From assembly GCA_963665125.2 (NCBI GenBank), contig CAXXUK010000002.1, positions 832,001 to 896,000 on the forward strand: a stretch of DNA of 64,000 nt. The letters run 5' to 3'. The position numbers and the translations under genes were made by a program. Under the pieces are notes generated by a model. It saw only the letters and a list, made by a program, of their open reading frames with translations. It did not search any database and was not told where the DNA came from. This stretch comes from an uncultured Desulfarculus sp. Lineage in GTDB: Bacteria; Desulfobacterota; Desulfarculia; Desulfarculales; Desulfarculaceae. This document shows positions 49,776 through 59,754 of this stretch, piece after piece. Every line of letters begins with the position of its first letter. Within the stretch, counting starts at the first letter, position 1.

Positions 49776-51350
49776 TCATTCGTGAACATGTTCCTCGTCT
49801 TCTTCCGCGTCGGTTTCCAGCGCGGCGAAGGCCGCCGGTATGGCGTCGTTGAGCTCGTCGGCGGCCAGGCCCCTGACACCGAACTCCTCTTCGGCCAGCT
49901 GGGCCGCCAGACCATGGACAAAGGCCGCGCACAGGGCCGCCTCCAGGGCTCCTGCTCCCTGGGCCAGCAGGCCGCCCACCAGGCCGGTGAGCACGTCGCC
50001 GCTGCCGCCGCTGCTCAAAAGCGGACTGCCCGTGGCGTTGATCCAGGCCAGGCCGTCCGGTCCGGTGATGACGCTGCGGGCTCCCTTGAGCAGGCAGACG
50101 CAGTTGTATTTCCCCGCGATGGCCCTTGCCGCGGCCAGACGGTCTTTCTGGATGTCGGCCGTGGTGACGTCCAGCAGACGGGCCGCCTCGCCCGGATGGG
50201 GCGTGAGCACCACCTGGTCCGAGGCGAATCTGGTGTCCGTGCCGGCAATGGCGTTGAGGCCGTCGGCGTCGACCACCATGGGCGCGTCGATGGTGTCGCA
50301 CAGGCCCTGCACCAACTCCACGGTTTCCTCGGCCAGGCCCATGCCCGGACCAAGGGCCAGGGCCTGGCGGCTGAGCATCAATTGACGCACGGTATCCAGG
50401 GCCGAGACGTCCAGGGCTCCGGATTTGGTCTCGGCAAGGGGCTGGGTCATGCAGGCCGTGAGCTTGGTTTCGGCCACCAGGTTCAGGCCGGCGGGCAGGG
50501 CGGCGGTGACCAGCCCGGCACCGGAGCGCAGCCCGGCCATGGCCGCCATGCACGGCGCGCCGCTGTATCCGGTGGAACCGCCCACCACCAGCAGGTGGCC
50601 GTAGCTGCCCTTGTGGCCCCAGGGCAGGCGCGGCGGCAGCATGGCCGCCACGGCTTCGGCGTCCAACATCAGACAGCCCACGTCAAGTTCGTCGAGCACG
50701 TGGGGCGGGATGGATATGTCGATGACGCTGATCTCGCCGCAGTGATCTTCGTAATCCAACAGCAGACCCTGCTTGGCCGCGCCAAAGGTTGCGGTCCAGT
50801 CGGCCTGCACGGCCACGCCCATGGGGCGGCCCGTATCGGCGTTTAGCCCGCTGGGGATGTCGATGGCCAACAGCGGGGCGGCCAGTTCGTTCATCAACTC
50901 GATGGCCCGGGCGTAACTGCCCTTCACTTCACTGTTGAGGCCGGTGCCCAGCAGGGCGTCAATATAAAAGTCATAGGAGGCCATCTCGGCTTCGAGGTCG
51001 TCAAAGGCCTTGTCGTCTTCGACCTCAACTATCTCCACGCCGCAGGCCTCGGCAACCCGCAGGTTGGTGGCCGCGTCGCCGGCGATGACATCTTTTTTGG
51101 CAAAGACATAGGCCGTGCACACCGCGCCCATCTGGGCCAGCATGCGCAGCACGGCAAAGCCGTCGCCTCCGTTGTTGCCCCGGCCGCAAAAAGCGGCAAC
51201 CAGCAGGCCTTCCACGTCGCCGATCTCGTCCAGGATGACCCTGGTGGCGCCCCTGGCGGCGTTTTCCATGAGCACGATGCCGGGCAGGCCGACTTCGTCA
51301 ATGGTCCGCTGGTCGGCCCGGCGCATCTGGTCGGCTGTCAGCAAAATCAT
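49776..51350 (-). CDS. nnr: Bifunctional NAD(P)H-hydrate epimerase/dehydratase
   Basis: LMENA, GNNGGDG, DIPSG, HKGSYG, DADGLN, TPHPGE and GSGDVL. Confidence 0.93.
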   Translation of the reverse strand: MILLTADQMRRADQRTIDEVGLPGIVLMENAARGATRVILDEIGDVEGLLVAAFCGRGNNGGDGFAVLRMLAQMGAVCTAYVFAKKDVIAGDAATNLRVAEACGVEIVEVEDDKAFDDLEAEMASYDFYIDALLGTGLNSEVKGSYARAIELMNELAAPLLAIDIPSGLNADTGRPMGVAVQADWTATFGAAKQGLLLDYEDHCGEISVIDISIPPHVLDELDVGCLMLDAEAVAAMLPPRLPWGHKGSYGHLLVVGGSTGYSGAPCMAAMAGLRSGAGLVTAALPAGLNLVAETKLTACMTQPLAETKSGALDVSALDTVRQLMLSRQALALGPGMGLAEETVELVQGLCDTIDAPMVVDADGLNAIAGTDTRFASDQVVLTPHPGEAARLLDVTTADIQKDRLAAARAIAGKYNCVCLLKGARSVITGPDGLAWINATGSPLLSSGGSGDVLTGLVGGLLAQGAGALEAALCAAFVHGLAAQLAEEEFGVRGLAADELNDAIPAAFAALETDAEEDEEHVHE

Positions 51351-51724
51351 GGTTTCTCCAATACAACCACCGCCGCGGCGTATTCGCCGTCGTCGGTGAG
51401 GCTAAGGTAGGCGCTGGGGTTGCCCATGCGCTTGGACCATTGGGCGGCGCGGCCATGCAGGGCCAGACCCGGCTTGCCCGTGGGCTGGTGAACTACCTCG
51501 ATTTCGACAAAGGCCATGCCTTTCATGCCTGTTCCGGTGGCCTTGCTGAAGGCCTCCTTGGCCGCCCAGCGCATGGCCAGGGCGGCGGCTGGTCTGGGCC
51601 GGCCCATTATTTCGGCTATCTCAGCCTCGGTGCAGATGCGCCTCAGAAAGCGCTCTCCCAAGCGCTCCAGGGTCCGCTTGAAGCGCGGAATATTGGCCAT
51701 GTCCAGGCCCAGGCCGATGATCAT
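51347..51724 (-). CDS. acpS: Holo-[ACP] synthase
   Basis: GLGLD, RWAAKEAFSKA.GTG and GKP. Confidence 0.9.
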   Translation of the reverse strand: MIIGLGLDMANIPRFKRTLERLGERFLRRICTEAEIAEIMGRPRPAAALAMRWAAKEAFSKATGTGMKGMAFVEIEVVHQPTGKPGLALHGRAAQWSKRMGNPSAYLSLTDDGEYAAAVVVLEKP

Positions 51725-51726
51725 CT

Positions 51727-52485
51727 CTACAGCCGTCTCCGGGGCGGTTCGGCGACCCTGGCCGTGGCGCTGGTGCGCACCAGCTCGAGCATTTCCGTAA
51801 CGGCCTGCTCAAAGCCCACGAACACGGCCCTGGCCACGATGCTGTGGCCGATGGAGTACTCGACGATCTCGGGCACCTTCAACAGGGGCCGCACGTTGCG
51901 CAGGTTCAGGCCGTGCCCGGCGGCCACGGTCATGCCGACCCTGGTGGCCAGGCGGGCCGCGTCTTCAAGTTCGTCCAGATGCCTCTTGCGAGAGACCTCG
52001 TCAGTGGCGTTGGCGTAGGTGCCGGTATGCAACTCCACCACCTGGGCTCCGGCCATGTGGGAAGCCTTGACCTGCTCGGGGTGGGGGTCGATGAATAAAC
52101 TGACCTCGATGCCCGCGTCGTTGAGCTGGGAGATGACGTCCTTGATTCGGTCCTGGTTGCCTTTGACGTCCAGGCCGCCCTCGGTGGTCAGTTCCTGGCG
52201 TTTTTCCGGCACCAGGGTGCAGATCTCGGGCATTTCGCCGATGGCTATGCCCACCATTTCCTCGGTGGCGGCCATCTCCATGTTCAGCTTGCCTTTCACC
52301 ACCTGGCGCAAGACTTTCAGATCGCGGTCCTGGATATGGCGGCGGTCTTCGCGCAGATGCACTATGATGCCGTCGGCACCGGCCTTTTCGGCCAGGACGG
52401 CGGCCCAGACCGGATCGGGCTCGTCGATGCCCCTGGCCTGGCGCAGGGTGGCGATGTGGTCAACGTTAACTGATAATAAAGCCAT
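51727..52485 (-). CDS. pdxJ: Pyridoxine 5'-phosphate synthase
   Basis: [29 protein letters not shown] and AGHGL. Confidence 0.95.
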   Translation of the reverse strand: MALLSVNVDHIATLRQARGIDEPDPVWAAVLAEKAGADGIIVHLREDRRHIQDRDLKVLRQVVKGKLNMEMAATEEMVGIAIGEMPEICTLVPEKRQELTTEGGLDVKGNQDRIKDVISQLNDAGIEVSLFIDPHPEQVKASHMAGAQVVELHTGTYANATDEVSRKRHLDELEDAARLATRVGMTVAAGHGLNLRNVRPLLKVPEIVEYSIGHSIVARAVFVGFEQAVTEMLELVRTSATARVAEPPRRRL

Positions 52486-52539
52486 GGCGTCCTTCTCCGG
52501 CGTTAACGGGCATCCGGTGTTGGTGCGATGTATGAATTG

Positions 52540-52980
52540 TCAGGCGGCGCTTTGTTCAAGCAGTTTTTCGGTGAGCTCTTCCATGCGCCGTGCTTCCTGC
52601 TCATCATGTATATGATCATACCCCAGCAGGTGCAACAGGCCGTGGATAATCAGGCGCACTAAATGTTCGTTCGGGTCCAAATCGTTTTCCGCCGCTTCCC
52701 TGTGGGCGGTGTCGATGCTCACGACAATGTCTCCCAACAGATGCGGAGTGAACTCGGCGTCTTCGCCCTCCTGCATGGGGAAGGAGATCACGTTGGTCGG
52801 GCGGGGTTTCCCCAGATATTGCCCGTTGAGCTCGGTGATCTGGGGATCATCGCAAATAACAAGCGAAAGCTCGGTCTGATCAGCCAATTCCAAGGCGTTT
52901 GAGATCCTTTTGATCCTGGCTTCCAGCTTCGGAAGGTCGATCGGCACCGCTTCTTGACGATTGTCTATCACCAGTTCCAC
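52540..52980 (-). CDS. ybeY: Endoribonuclease YbeY
   Basis: PTNVISF, LGDIV and IHGLLHLLGYDH; GTG start at 52980 inferred. Confidence 0.92.
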   Translation of the reverse strand: MELVIDNRQEAVPIDLPKLEARIKRISNALELADQTELSLVICDDPQITELNGQYLGKPRPTNVISFPMQEGEDAEFTPHLLGDIVVSIDTAHREAAENDLDPNEHLVRLIIHGLLHLLGYDHIHDEQEARRMEELTEKLLEQSAA

Positions 52981-54583
52981 TTTGCTTGGCGCTCCCGTTT
53001 TCGGTCTTGGGGTAGTCCACCCGGTGGTGGAATATGCCCGTAAGGCTCTTGTTGAATATTTTAGCAATTTTGTGCAGGTCCTTGAGGGTCAGTTCGCATT
53101 CGTCGAGCTGGCCTTCGGCAAAAACCTTGTTGATCTGGGACTGCACAACGCCCTGCAACCGGGCCGGTGTGGGGTTTTCCAGGGTGCGGCTGGCCGCCTC
53201 AACGGTGTCGGCCAGCATGATCAGGCCCGCTTCCCTGGTCTGGGGCCTGGGGCCGGGGTAGCGGAAGGCCTCGGCGTCTGGTTCGTCGCGCCCGGCCTCC
53301 CGGGCGGCCTCCTGGGCCTTGTTGTAGAAGAAGTGGATGAGCCGCGTGCCGTGGTGCTGGGCGATGATGTCCACTATGGGCTGGCCCAGGCGGTGTTTGC
53401 GGGCGGCTTCGACGCCTTCCTTGACGTGGCTGGCCAGTATCAACGCGCTCATGGACGGGGCCAGCTTTTCATGCTTGTTTGGGCCGATGGACTGGTTTTC
53501 GATGAAGTAGTCGCATTTTTTGACCTTGCCCAGGTCGTGGTAAAGGGCGGCGACCTTGGCCAGCAGCGAGTCGGCGCCTATGGCCTTGGCCGCGGCTTCG
53601 ACCATGGAACTGATGACCAGGCTGTGGTGATAGGTGCCCGGAGCCTGGAGCATAAGCTCCTGAAGCAGGGGGTGGTCCATGCTGGCCAGTTCCATCAGGT
53701 GTGGCGCGCTGATGAAGCCGAAGGAGTTTTCGGCCAGGGGGGCCAGTCCGGCGGCCAGCATGCCCGACAGCAGCAGGCCGATGACCGCGGCGCCCGTGGC
53801 GGCCATGAACATTGAACTGGCCAGCCAGCCCTGGAACAGGGCCAGGGCCACGATGGTAAGCACGCCGATAAGGGCCGACCAGGCCCCCGCGCCAATAAGC
53901 GAAAGGCGGGTGCGGCCGCTGCGCACATAGTGGGCGGCCACCACGCCGCTGAGCAGATAAAAAACGAACAAGGCCACGGAATTGGGCCAGATCAGGCAAG
54001 CCAGCAGGGCCGTGGCCAGGGCATAGAGCATGCCCGCCTGGCGGCCCATGAACAGGCTGACGAGCATGGGGCCTGTAGCCAGGGGCACGGCAAAGCCCAC
54101 GGCCGAAAGGGCCATGGCCCCGTTGCCGGACATGGCCAGGGCGATCAGGTCGAAGCCCCTGCTGAGCCCGGCCAACAGGATGCTCAGGCAAATCAGGAAT
54201 AGAAGCTGCTGGCCGCTGAGCCGGTTGTCGAAAACCGGCAGCCGGCGGAACCACAAGGCATAGATCAGCCGCAGGGACAATAGGGCCAGCATGACCGATC
54301 CGATTATTACTCCGGTGGCGGCGTTGACCAAAAGATCAACGGCCAGGGCAACGGCCACGGCTGCGGCCGGCAGGCCCGGAACGGCCATGCGCCAGCCGCC
54401 GGGGCTTTGGAAAGCATCCCGGAACTTGGGCACCACCTCCATTAAAAAGATCCGCTGCCAGACATCGATCAGAGCCAGGCGGGTCGATTCGGCAAGGCGC
54501 TTTATATGCTCTTGCCAGAGCTTTTTCTTGGTGGATTTAGCGTCCTGAACAGGACGCAGCTTTTTCGATGATTCATCGGCCAT
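52880..54583 (-). CDS. 7TM-HD (HDIG) family phosphohydrolase, PgpH-like
   Basis: TM bundle followed by APGTYHHS, YHDLGK, HHGT, YPGPRP and LADTVEAA; sits in the phoH-ybeY context. Confidence 0.88.
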   Translation of the reverse strand: MADESSKKLRPVQDAKSTKKKLWQEHIKRLAESTRLALIDVWQRIFLMEVVPKFRDAFQSPGGWRMAVPGLPAAAVAVALAVDLLVNAATGVIIGSVMLALLSLRLIYALWFRRLPVFDNRLSGQQLLFLICLSILLAGLSRGFDLIALAMSGNGAMALSAVGFAVPLATGPMLVSLFMGRQAGMLYALATALLACLIWPNSVALFVFYLLSGVVAAHYVRSGRTRLSLIGAGAWSALIGVLTIVALALFQGWLASSMFMAATGAAVIGLLLSGMLAAGLAPLAENSFGFISAPHLMELASMDHPLLQELMLQAPGTYHHSLVISSMVEAAAKAIGADSLLAKVAALYHDLGKVKKCDYFIENQSIGPNKHEKLAPSMSALILASHVKEGVEAARKHRLGQPIVDIIAQHHGTRLIHFFYNKAQEAAREAGRDEPDAEAFRYPGPRPQTREAGLIMLADTVEAASRTLENPTPARLQGVVQSQINKVFAEGQLDECELTLKDLHKIAKIFNKSLTGIFHHRVDYPKTENGSAKQSGTGDRQSSRSGADRPSEAGSQDQKDLKRLGIG

Positions 54584-54589
54584 GGAACT

Positions 54590-55546
54590 CTACTCCCGGG
54601 CCTCGGCGTCTTCATAAGCCTTGATTATGTCACGCACCAGCCTGTGGCGCACCACATCGCGCTTGCGGAAGTCTATGAAGGAAATGTCTTTTATGTCTTT
54701 GAGCAAGCGCCGGGCCTGGACAAGACCGGATTCCGTGCCCGAAGGCAGGTCCACTTGGGTGACGTCGCCGGTTATGACCGCCTTGGAGTCGAAGCCCAGC
54801 CGCGTAAGGAACATCTTCATCTGTTCGCTGGTGGCGTTTTGAGCTTCATCCAGGATCACGAACGACGAATTGAGCGTGCGGCCCCGCATGAACGCCAGGG
54901 GCGCCACCTCAATCACTCCCTTGCCCATTAATCTGCCGGCTTTATCAAAATCCATCATATCATGGAGAGCATCGTATAGGGGACGTAGATAAGGATTGAC
55001 TTTTTCAGCCAGGTCTCCCGGCAAAAATCCAAGCTTTTCGCCGGCTTCCACGGCTGGACGGCACAAGACGATGCGGTCGACCAAGCCTTTGCTCAGGTTT
55101 TCCACGGCCATGGCCATGGCCAGGTAGGTTTTGCCCGTACCGGCCGGACCGATGCCGAAGACGATATCAAAGCTGCGGATGGCCTCCAGATAGGCCTTTT
55201 GGGTCAGGCTCTTGGGCGTGATCAGGCGGTTTTTGCCGTGGATGAAGACCTGGTCCAGGAAGATGTCCTTGAGCTTGACGGTGGAATCGCCCGAGAGGAT
55301 GCGGATGGCAAAATCTATGTCCATCTCGTAGATCGGGTAGCCCTGCAGGACAAGCTCATATAGTTGTTCCAGGACCTGCCGGGCCAAAAGGGCGTCGTGG
55401 TCCGGGCCGCTTATGGTGACCACGCCGCCGCGGCTGCGGGCATTGACCTTCAGCGAATCCGCCAAAAGCCGCAGATGCACGTCGCGGCTGCCCAACAGGG
55501 TGCGGACTGCATCATGGTCTTCAAATGTCAGTTTGAATTCCGCCAT
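54590..55546 (-). CDS. PhoH-family ATPase (YbeZ-like)
   Basis: [31 protein letters not shown] and DEAQN. Confidence 0.93.
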   Translation of the reverse strand: MAEFKLTFEDHDAVRTLLGSRDVHLRLLADSLKVNARSRGGVVTISGPDHDALLARQVLEQLYELVLQGYPIYEMDIDFAIRILSGDSTVKLKDIFLDQVFIHGKNRLITPKSLTQKAYLEAIRSFDIVFGIGPAGTGKTYLAMAMAVENLSKGLVDRIVLCRPAVEAGEKLGFLPGDLAEKVNPYLRPLYDALHDMMDFDKAGRLMGKGVIEVAPLAFMRGRTLNSSFVILDEAQNATSEQMKMFLTRLGFDSKAVITGDVTQVDLPSGTESGLVQARRLLKDIKDISFIDFRKRDVVRHRLVRDIIKAYEDAEARE

Positions 55547-55560
55547 GGTTATCGCGCTTG

Positions 55561-55986
55561 TTAGCCGAGGGATCCCAGCAGTTGGACGATGACGCGGCGC
55601 TGTCTGGGGCGATTGTCGAAATCGCAGACCACGATCTGCTGCCAGGTGCCCAGGGTAAGCCTTCCGTCATGGATGGGTATGGTCATAGACGGCCCCAGCA
55701 GTGCCGAACGCACGTGGCTGTAGCCGTTGCCGTCGCCCCAGCGGGCGTTGTGGGCGTAATGCCCTTCGGTGGGGGCCAGTTTTTGCAGCGCATCGCGCAG
55801 GTCCTGTAAGACGCCTGATTCGTATTCAATGGCCGTTACAGCCGCCGTGGAGCCGGGCGTAAACACGACGGCCACACCCTGGCGCATGCCGCTGTCGGCG
55901 ACGGCGCGGCCGACCCGGCCGGTTACGTCATGTATATCGGTTTCGGCGGTGCCGTCCAATTGAAACTCTGCAAAAAATGTGTCCAT
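55561..55986 (-). CDS. YjbQ (UPF0047) family protein
   Basis: [13 protein letters not shown] and LGTWQQI. Confidence 0.88.
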   Translation of the reverse strand: MDTFFAEFQLDGTAETDIHDVTGRVGRAVADSGMRQGVAVVFTPGSTAAVTAIEYESGVLQDLRDALQKLAPTEGHYAHNARWGDGNGYSHVRSALLGPSMTIPIHDGRLTLGTWQQIVVCDFDNRPRQRRVIVQLLGSLG

Positions 55987-56145
55987 TATGCCTTTTTTAC
56001 CACACGCCCCAAAGGCGGGCAACGGCGGACTGCATACTTGGAGTTGTTGTGGGTGTATAAAGATACGGAATAACTGCAATATAATGATGAATTCACATGT
56101 CTGGAGCTTGACATTGGTCAAGCCGCCGTGATAGGGAAATTGATT

Positions 56146-56709
56146 ATGGATGCTATGCCTAACATACTGGATATCGCCATAGTGGCTCTGTTGACTTTTT
56201 TCGTGGTCAAGGGATTTGTCCAAGGCCTGGTCAAGGAAGTCATGGGCCTCGTCGGCATCGTCGCCGCATTGTTTTTAAGCATGGCCTTTTACAAACCGGT
56301 GGCCGATCTGGCCCGCGTAAACTTGCATCTCAATGCCGACTGGGTTGACGCGGCCGCCTTTGCCTCGATTTTGCTGGTGGTCTTTGGCTTGTCCGTGTGG
56401 CTGGGCGTAATGATCTCCAAGCTTTTGGTCAAGGCCAAGCTTTCACCAATCAACCGCTTGCTGGGCGGCGGCCTGGGCCTGGCCAAAGGCGTTTTGCTGG
56501 CCTATGTCCTGCTGAACCTGCTTCTGCTGCTGATGCCCTTCAAACCGCCGGTGCAGTTGCAGTCGTCCTATGTCGCCCCGTATGTAATTCAGTCTGGCGC
56601 CGTCATCATCAGCCTGGTGCCCGACGATCTCATCCGTGATCTGCAAAAACGCAGCGGCTGGACCAATGATGAGCCTCAGCCCGCGGAAAGCCCTCGCAAG
56701 GAACAATAA
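56146..56709 (+). CDS. cvpA: CvpA family membrane protein
   Basis: LDI..GFVQGLVKE and NRLLGGGLGLAKG. Confidence 0.85.
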   Translation: MDAMPNILDIAIVALLTFFVVKGFVQGLVKEVMGLVGIVAALFLSMAFYKPVADLARVNLHLNADWVDAAAFASILLVVFGLSVWLGVMISKLLVKAKLSPINRLLGGGLGLAKGVLLAYVLLNLLLLLMPFKPPVQLQSSYVAPYVIQSGAVIISLVPDDLIRDLQKRSGWTNDEPQPAESPRKEQ

Positions 56710-56710
56710 A

Positions 56711-57529
56711 TTGACAAATACCGATGATCGCGCGAGGCGGGCCGGAGAGGCCTTCGCCCGCTTGACGCAATTGGCCGCCCGCCTGCGGGCCCCCGACGGC
56801 TGTCCCTGGGACCGGGAACAGACCGTGGCCAGTTCCACGCCGTATATTTTGGAAGAGGCCTACGAGGCCGTGGACGCCCTGGAGGCCAGGGACTGGGACG
56901 AAGCCAGGGAGGAACTGGGAGACCTGTTGTTTCAGGTGGTGTTTCAGGCCCAGATCGCTGTAGACAAAAATCGTTTTGATGCGTCTGAAGTAATAGAGGC
57001 CGTAGAGGCCAAGATGATCCGGCGGCACCCCCACGTGTTTGGCGACGCCAAGGCCGAAACGGCCGATGAGGTGCTCAAACGCTGGGGTGAAATAAAAAGA
57101 GACGAACGCGGCGGCCGGGTTGGGCTCTTGCGGAGCGTGCCCAAATCCACCGCGGCTCTGACCAGGGCTCAGCGGCTGGGTAAAAAGGCCGCCAATGTGG
57201 GTTTTGATTGGCCCGACGCCGCCGGGGTGATGCAAAAGATTTGCGAAGAGGTGAACGAACTTGAGGCCGCCAGAGACCATGCCGAGGCTGAACGTGAATT
57301 GGGCGACCTGCTGTTTGCCCTGGCCCAATGGGCACGGCACCGCAAACTGGACTCTGAATCGGCCCTGCGCCGGGCCTGCTCCCGCTTTCAGAGCCGCTTT
57401 GAATGCATGGAGACCATGGCCGATTGCGCCGAAACGGACTTGTCCCAGCTTGACATGGAGCAGTTGGACAATCTCTGGGAAGAGGCCAAGGACCGGGAAA
57501 AGCTCGGTAAAGGCTGCGGAAACAAATGA
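56711..57529 (+). CDS. mazG: Nucleoside triphosphate pyrophosphohydrolase
   Basis: GCPWDREQT, EEAYE, EELGDLL, RRHPHVF and GFDW; TTG start inferred. Confidence 0.92.
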   Translation: MTNTDDRARRAGEAFARLTQLAARLRAPDGCPWDREQTVASSTPYILEEAYEAVDALEARDWDEAREELGDLLFQVVFQAQIAVDKNRFDASEVIEAVEAKMIRRHPHVFGDAKAETADEVLKRWGEIKRDERGGRVGLLRSVPKSTAALTRAQRLGKKAANVGFDWPDAAGVMQKICEEVNELEAARDHAEAERELGDLLFALAQWARHRKLDSESALRRACSRFQSRFECMETMADCAETDLSQLDMEQLDNLWEEAKDREKLGKGCGNK

Positions 57530-57560
57530 TTTTGTGAATAAAAACCATGCGGGATTGACC

Positions 57561-57620
57561 TTGACAACGTGCCCCATGCTGCATTATAAATGCGGCTATC
57601 GATCGTGAAGTATTTCGCTA
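57561..57620 (+). promoter_or_regulatory. Sigma70 promoter plus Rex-like operator upstream of cytochrome c3
   Basis: TTGACA-N18-TATAAA, then TCGTGAA-GTAT-TTCGCTA at 57603-57620. Confidence 0.45.
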
Positions 57621-57654
57621 TTTAGCCGCCCTTGGGCGGGGAGGGAAAAGAGAT

Positions 57655-58071
57655 ATGAAAAAGGGTCTGATCGCTACCATCACAGTCGTCGCTTTTGTGG
57701 CGGTGGCCATGATTTTCTCCACGGCCATGGTGCAACAGGCCAGTGCGGCAGCGCCGGCGGCCGACGCTCCTGACACCGTTGAGATTCACAGCTCGGTCTA
57801 TACCAAGTATAAGCAGGGCCCCGTGGAGTTCAGCCACAAGGAGCACAGCGAGACCTACAAGGTTAAGTGCGCCCAGTGCCACCACACCTGGAAGGAAGGC
57901 GAGCCGGTCAAGAAGTGCGAAGATTGCCACAAGGAAAAGAAGGAAGGCAAGACTCCCAAGCTTGAGAAGGCGTTCCACGACAACTGCAAGGACTGCCATA
58001 AGGCCTACAACAAGGCCCAGGGCAGCAAGGACGCCCCCACCGCTTGCAAGGACTGCCACGCCAAGAAGTAG
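57655..58071 (+). CDS. Periplasmic tetraheme cytochrome c3 (class III)
   Basis: Signal peptide; PVEFSHKEH; four CxxCH motifs (CAQCHH, CEDCH, CKDCH, CKDCH). Confidence 0.93.
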   Translation: MKKGLIATITVVAFVAVAMIFSTAMVQQASAAAPAADAPDTVEIHSSVYTKYKQGPVEFSHKEHSETYKVKCAQCHHTWKEGEPVKKCEDCHKEKKEGKTPKLEKAFHDNCKDCHKAYNKAQGSKDAPTACKDCHAKK

Positions 58072-58094
58072 TTTCAATAGCTTATAGCGCGTCA

Positions 58095-58123
58095 AAAGGC
58101 CGGTCCGTTTGGGCCGGCCTTTA
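58095..58123. terminator. Rho-independent terminator
   Basis: AAAGGCCGGTCC..GGGCCGGCCTTT between convergent genes. Confidence 0.6.
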
Positions 58124-58205
58124 ATTTTGTCATGTTGCAAAGGCAAATACAAAAAGCCCCGAACGCGTTAAGCGATCGAGGCCTTCTGTGCAATCTTGCT
58201 GGAGC

Positions 58206-58394
58206 TTAGACTTCGGTAACCGTAATGGCGTCCTGCTCACAGACTTCTATGCAGCTTTCGCAGCCCAGGCACTCTTCCTCGTTCACGGGAACGGCCTTGC
58301 CATCCTGCATTTCGTAGACGTCCACGGGGCAGACTTCCACGCATTCTTCATCGCCAATGCATTTGTCAGCGTCGACAACAACCTGGAAACCCAT
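58206..58394 (-). CDS. Dicluster ferredoxin (one cluster with Asp in place of Cys)
   Basis: CIGDEECVEVCP and CLGCESCIEVC; AAGGAGG RBS. Confidence 0.92.
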   Translation of the reverse strand: MGFQVVVDADKCIGDEECVEVCPVDVYEMQDGKAVPVNEEECLGCESCIEVCEQDAITVTEV

Positions 58395-58671
58395 CTGTTC
58401 CTCCTTTGAACCAGAGTTAAAACCGGGCTGGGCCCGATGTTTTCCCTTAGGTGCTACCGGGCCTGCCGTCCAGGTCCGGTGGGTTAGTGACTATAGCAAA
58501 ATAGCCGCAGCAGCAATTTTGTCAAGCTAAAGTTTAAGCTCGTTTTACGGTGAAGCCGCAGGGCATATCTCTCATTAACGGGCTGATGGCGTTTGGTCAA
58601 GTGCCTTTTCGCACTTTTTGAAATATTGTTGCGATAAGGGCTTGGATGGCTCGGAAAAGCATATTGCCGGG

Positions 58672-59316
58672 CTATGATACGCCTAGTTTTTCAAGCAGTT
58701 CCGGATGCACCGGATAACCAAGCTCCTTGGCCCGCAACGCGGATTTTGCCGCCGCGTCTGTGTGGCCCAGCTCCAACAGAGCCACGGCGCGGTTGTTGTG
58801 GGCCATGGCGAACTGGTCATTGATATCCAACGCCTGGCCGGCGGCCGCTTCGGCCTCTTCAAAGTCGCCCTTGCGAATCATCAACGTGGACAGGTTGGTC
58901 AGGGCGTCGGGCATCTGCGGGTTTTCGGACAGGGCCCGGCGCAATTCGCGCTCGGCCTCGTCCAAACGGTCCTTTTGCATGTAGGCCACGGCCAAATTGG
59001 CCCGGACGGCCGGAATATCCCAGGCGGTCAGGGCGCTGGTAAAGGTGCGCAGGGCAAGATCCGCTTCGCCTCTGGCAAGATAAATGCCTCCCAAGTTGAG
59101 CATGCTCTCCAGATGCTTGGGTGAATCCCTGAGCACCATCTGAAATTGCTCGATGGCTTCGTCGAGGCGGTCGTCGTGGGCCAGGGCAACGCCTAGATTG
59201 TAACGGATGTGCCAGGCGCCAGGCTCGGCTTCCAAGTATTGTTGAAGCCGGTCAATCAGCCCTTCACGATGAAAATCGTCATCGGGAATGCCGCTTACGT
59301 TGGTGATTGTGGCCAT
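58672..59316 (-). CDS. Tetratricopeptide repeat protein
   Basis: Repeated YNLGVAL/NLGGIY/NLAVAY/HNNRAVAL TPR motifs. Confidence 0.85.
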   Translation of the reverse strand: MATITNVSGIPDDDFHREGLIDRLQQYLEAEPGAWHIRYNLGVALAHDDRLDEAIEQFQMVLRDSPKHLESMLNLGGIYLARGEADLALRTFTSALTAWDIPAVRANLAVAYMQKDRLDEAERELRRALSENPQMPDALTNLSTLMIRKGDFEEAEAAAGQALDINDQFAMAHNNRAVALLELGHTDAAAKSALRAKELGYPVHPELLEKLGVS

Positions 59317-59377
59317 GGGGTCCTCTGATGTGGAATTTTGACTTTATGCGCCAACGGGAATTTTATTGGGCGTGGCG

Positions 59378-59418
59378 AAAATAAACCTCCGCTAAGGTGC
59401 GGCCGCACCCTGCGGAGG
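59378..59418 (-). terminator. Terminator after dsrD
   Basis: Minus strand CCTCCGCAGGGTGC-ggcc-GCACCTTAGCGGAGG-TTTATTTT. Confidence 0.6.
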
Positions 59419-59447
59419 ATAATTACTTAGCCTTAGGCGCGGTTGGC

Positions 59448-59681
59448 TTACTGCTCACCATCGGCGACGTGCTCATTGCCGGGCAGGTCGAAATAAGTGG
59501 TGGAGCCGCTGGACCAGTAAACCAGGGTACCCTCGGTGATCATCTCGGTGGTAGCCTTCTTCAGAGGTTTCTTCTCCACGGTATCATCAAGCTTCTGGAC
59601 TTCTTTTAACAGGTCCTTCATCATCATGCGCTTCTTCTTTTTGTTCATGACGTCGAGGACGAGCTCTTTCAAGTCAGCCAT
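59448..59681 (-). CDS. dsrD: Dissimilatory sulfite reductase-associated protein DsrD
   Basis: 77 aa, Lys-rich, with the LVYWSSGSTT signature; AAGGAG RBS. Confidence 0.88.
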   Translation of the reverse strand: MADLKELVLDVMNKKKKRMMMKDLLKEVQKLDDTVEKKPLKKATTEMITEGTLVYWSSGSTTYFDLPGNEHVADGEQ

Positions 59682-59725
59682 TTTATTATCTCCTTCGCTT
59701 TGCGGTATTTTTCTCAATGTGCAAC

Positions 59726-59754
59726 AACATATCGCCTGGCCGTCCCGGTGTCAA
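59726..59754 (-). promoter_or_regulatory. Sigma70 promoter for dsrD
   Basis: Minus strand TTGACA-N17-TATGTT; the -35 box overlaps the dsrN stop codon. Confidence 0.6.
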
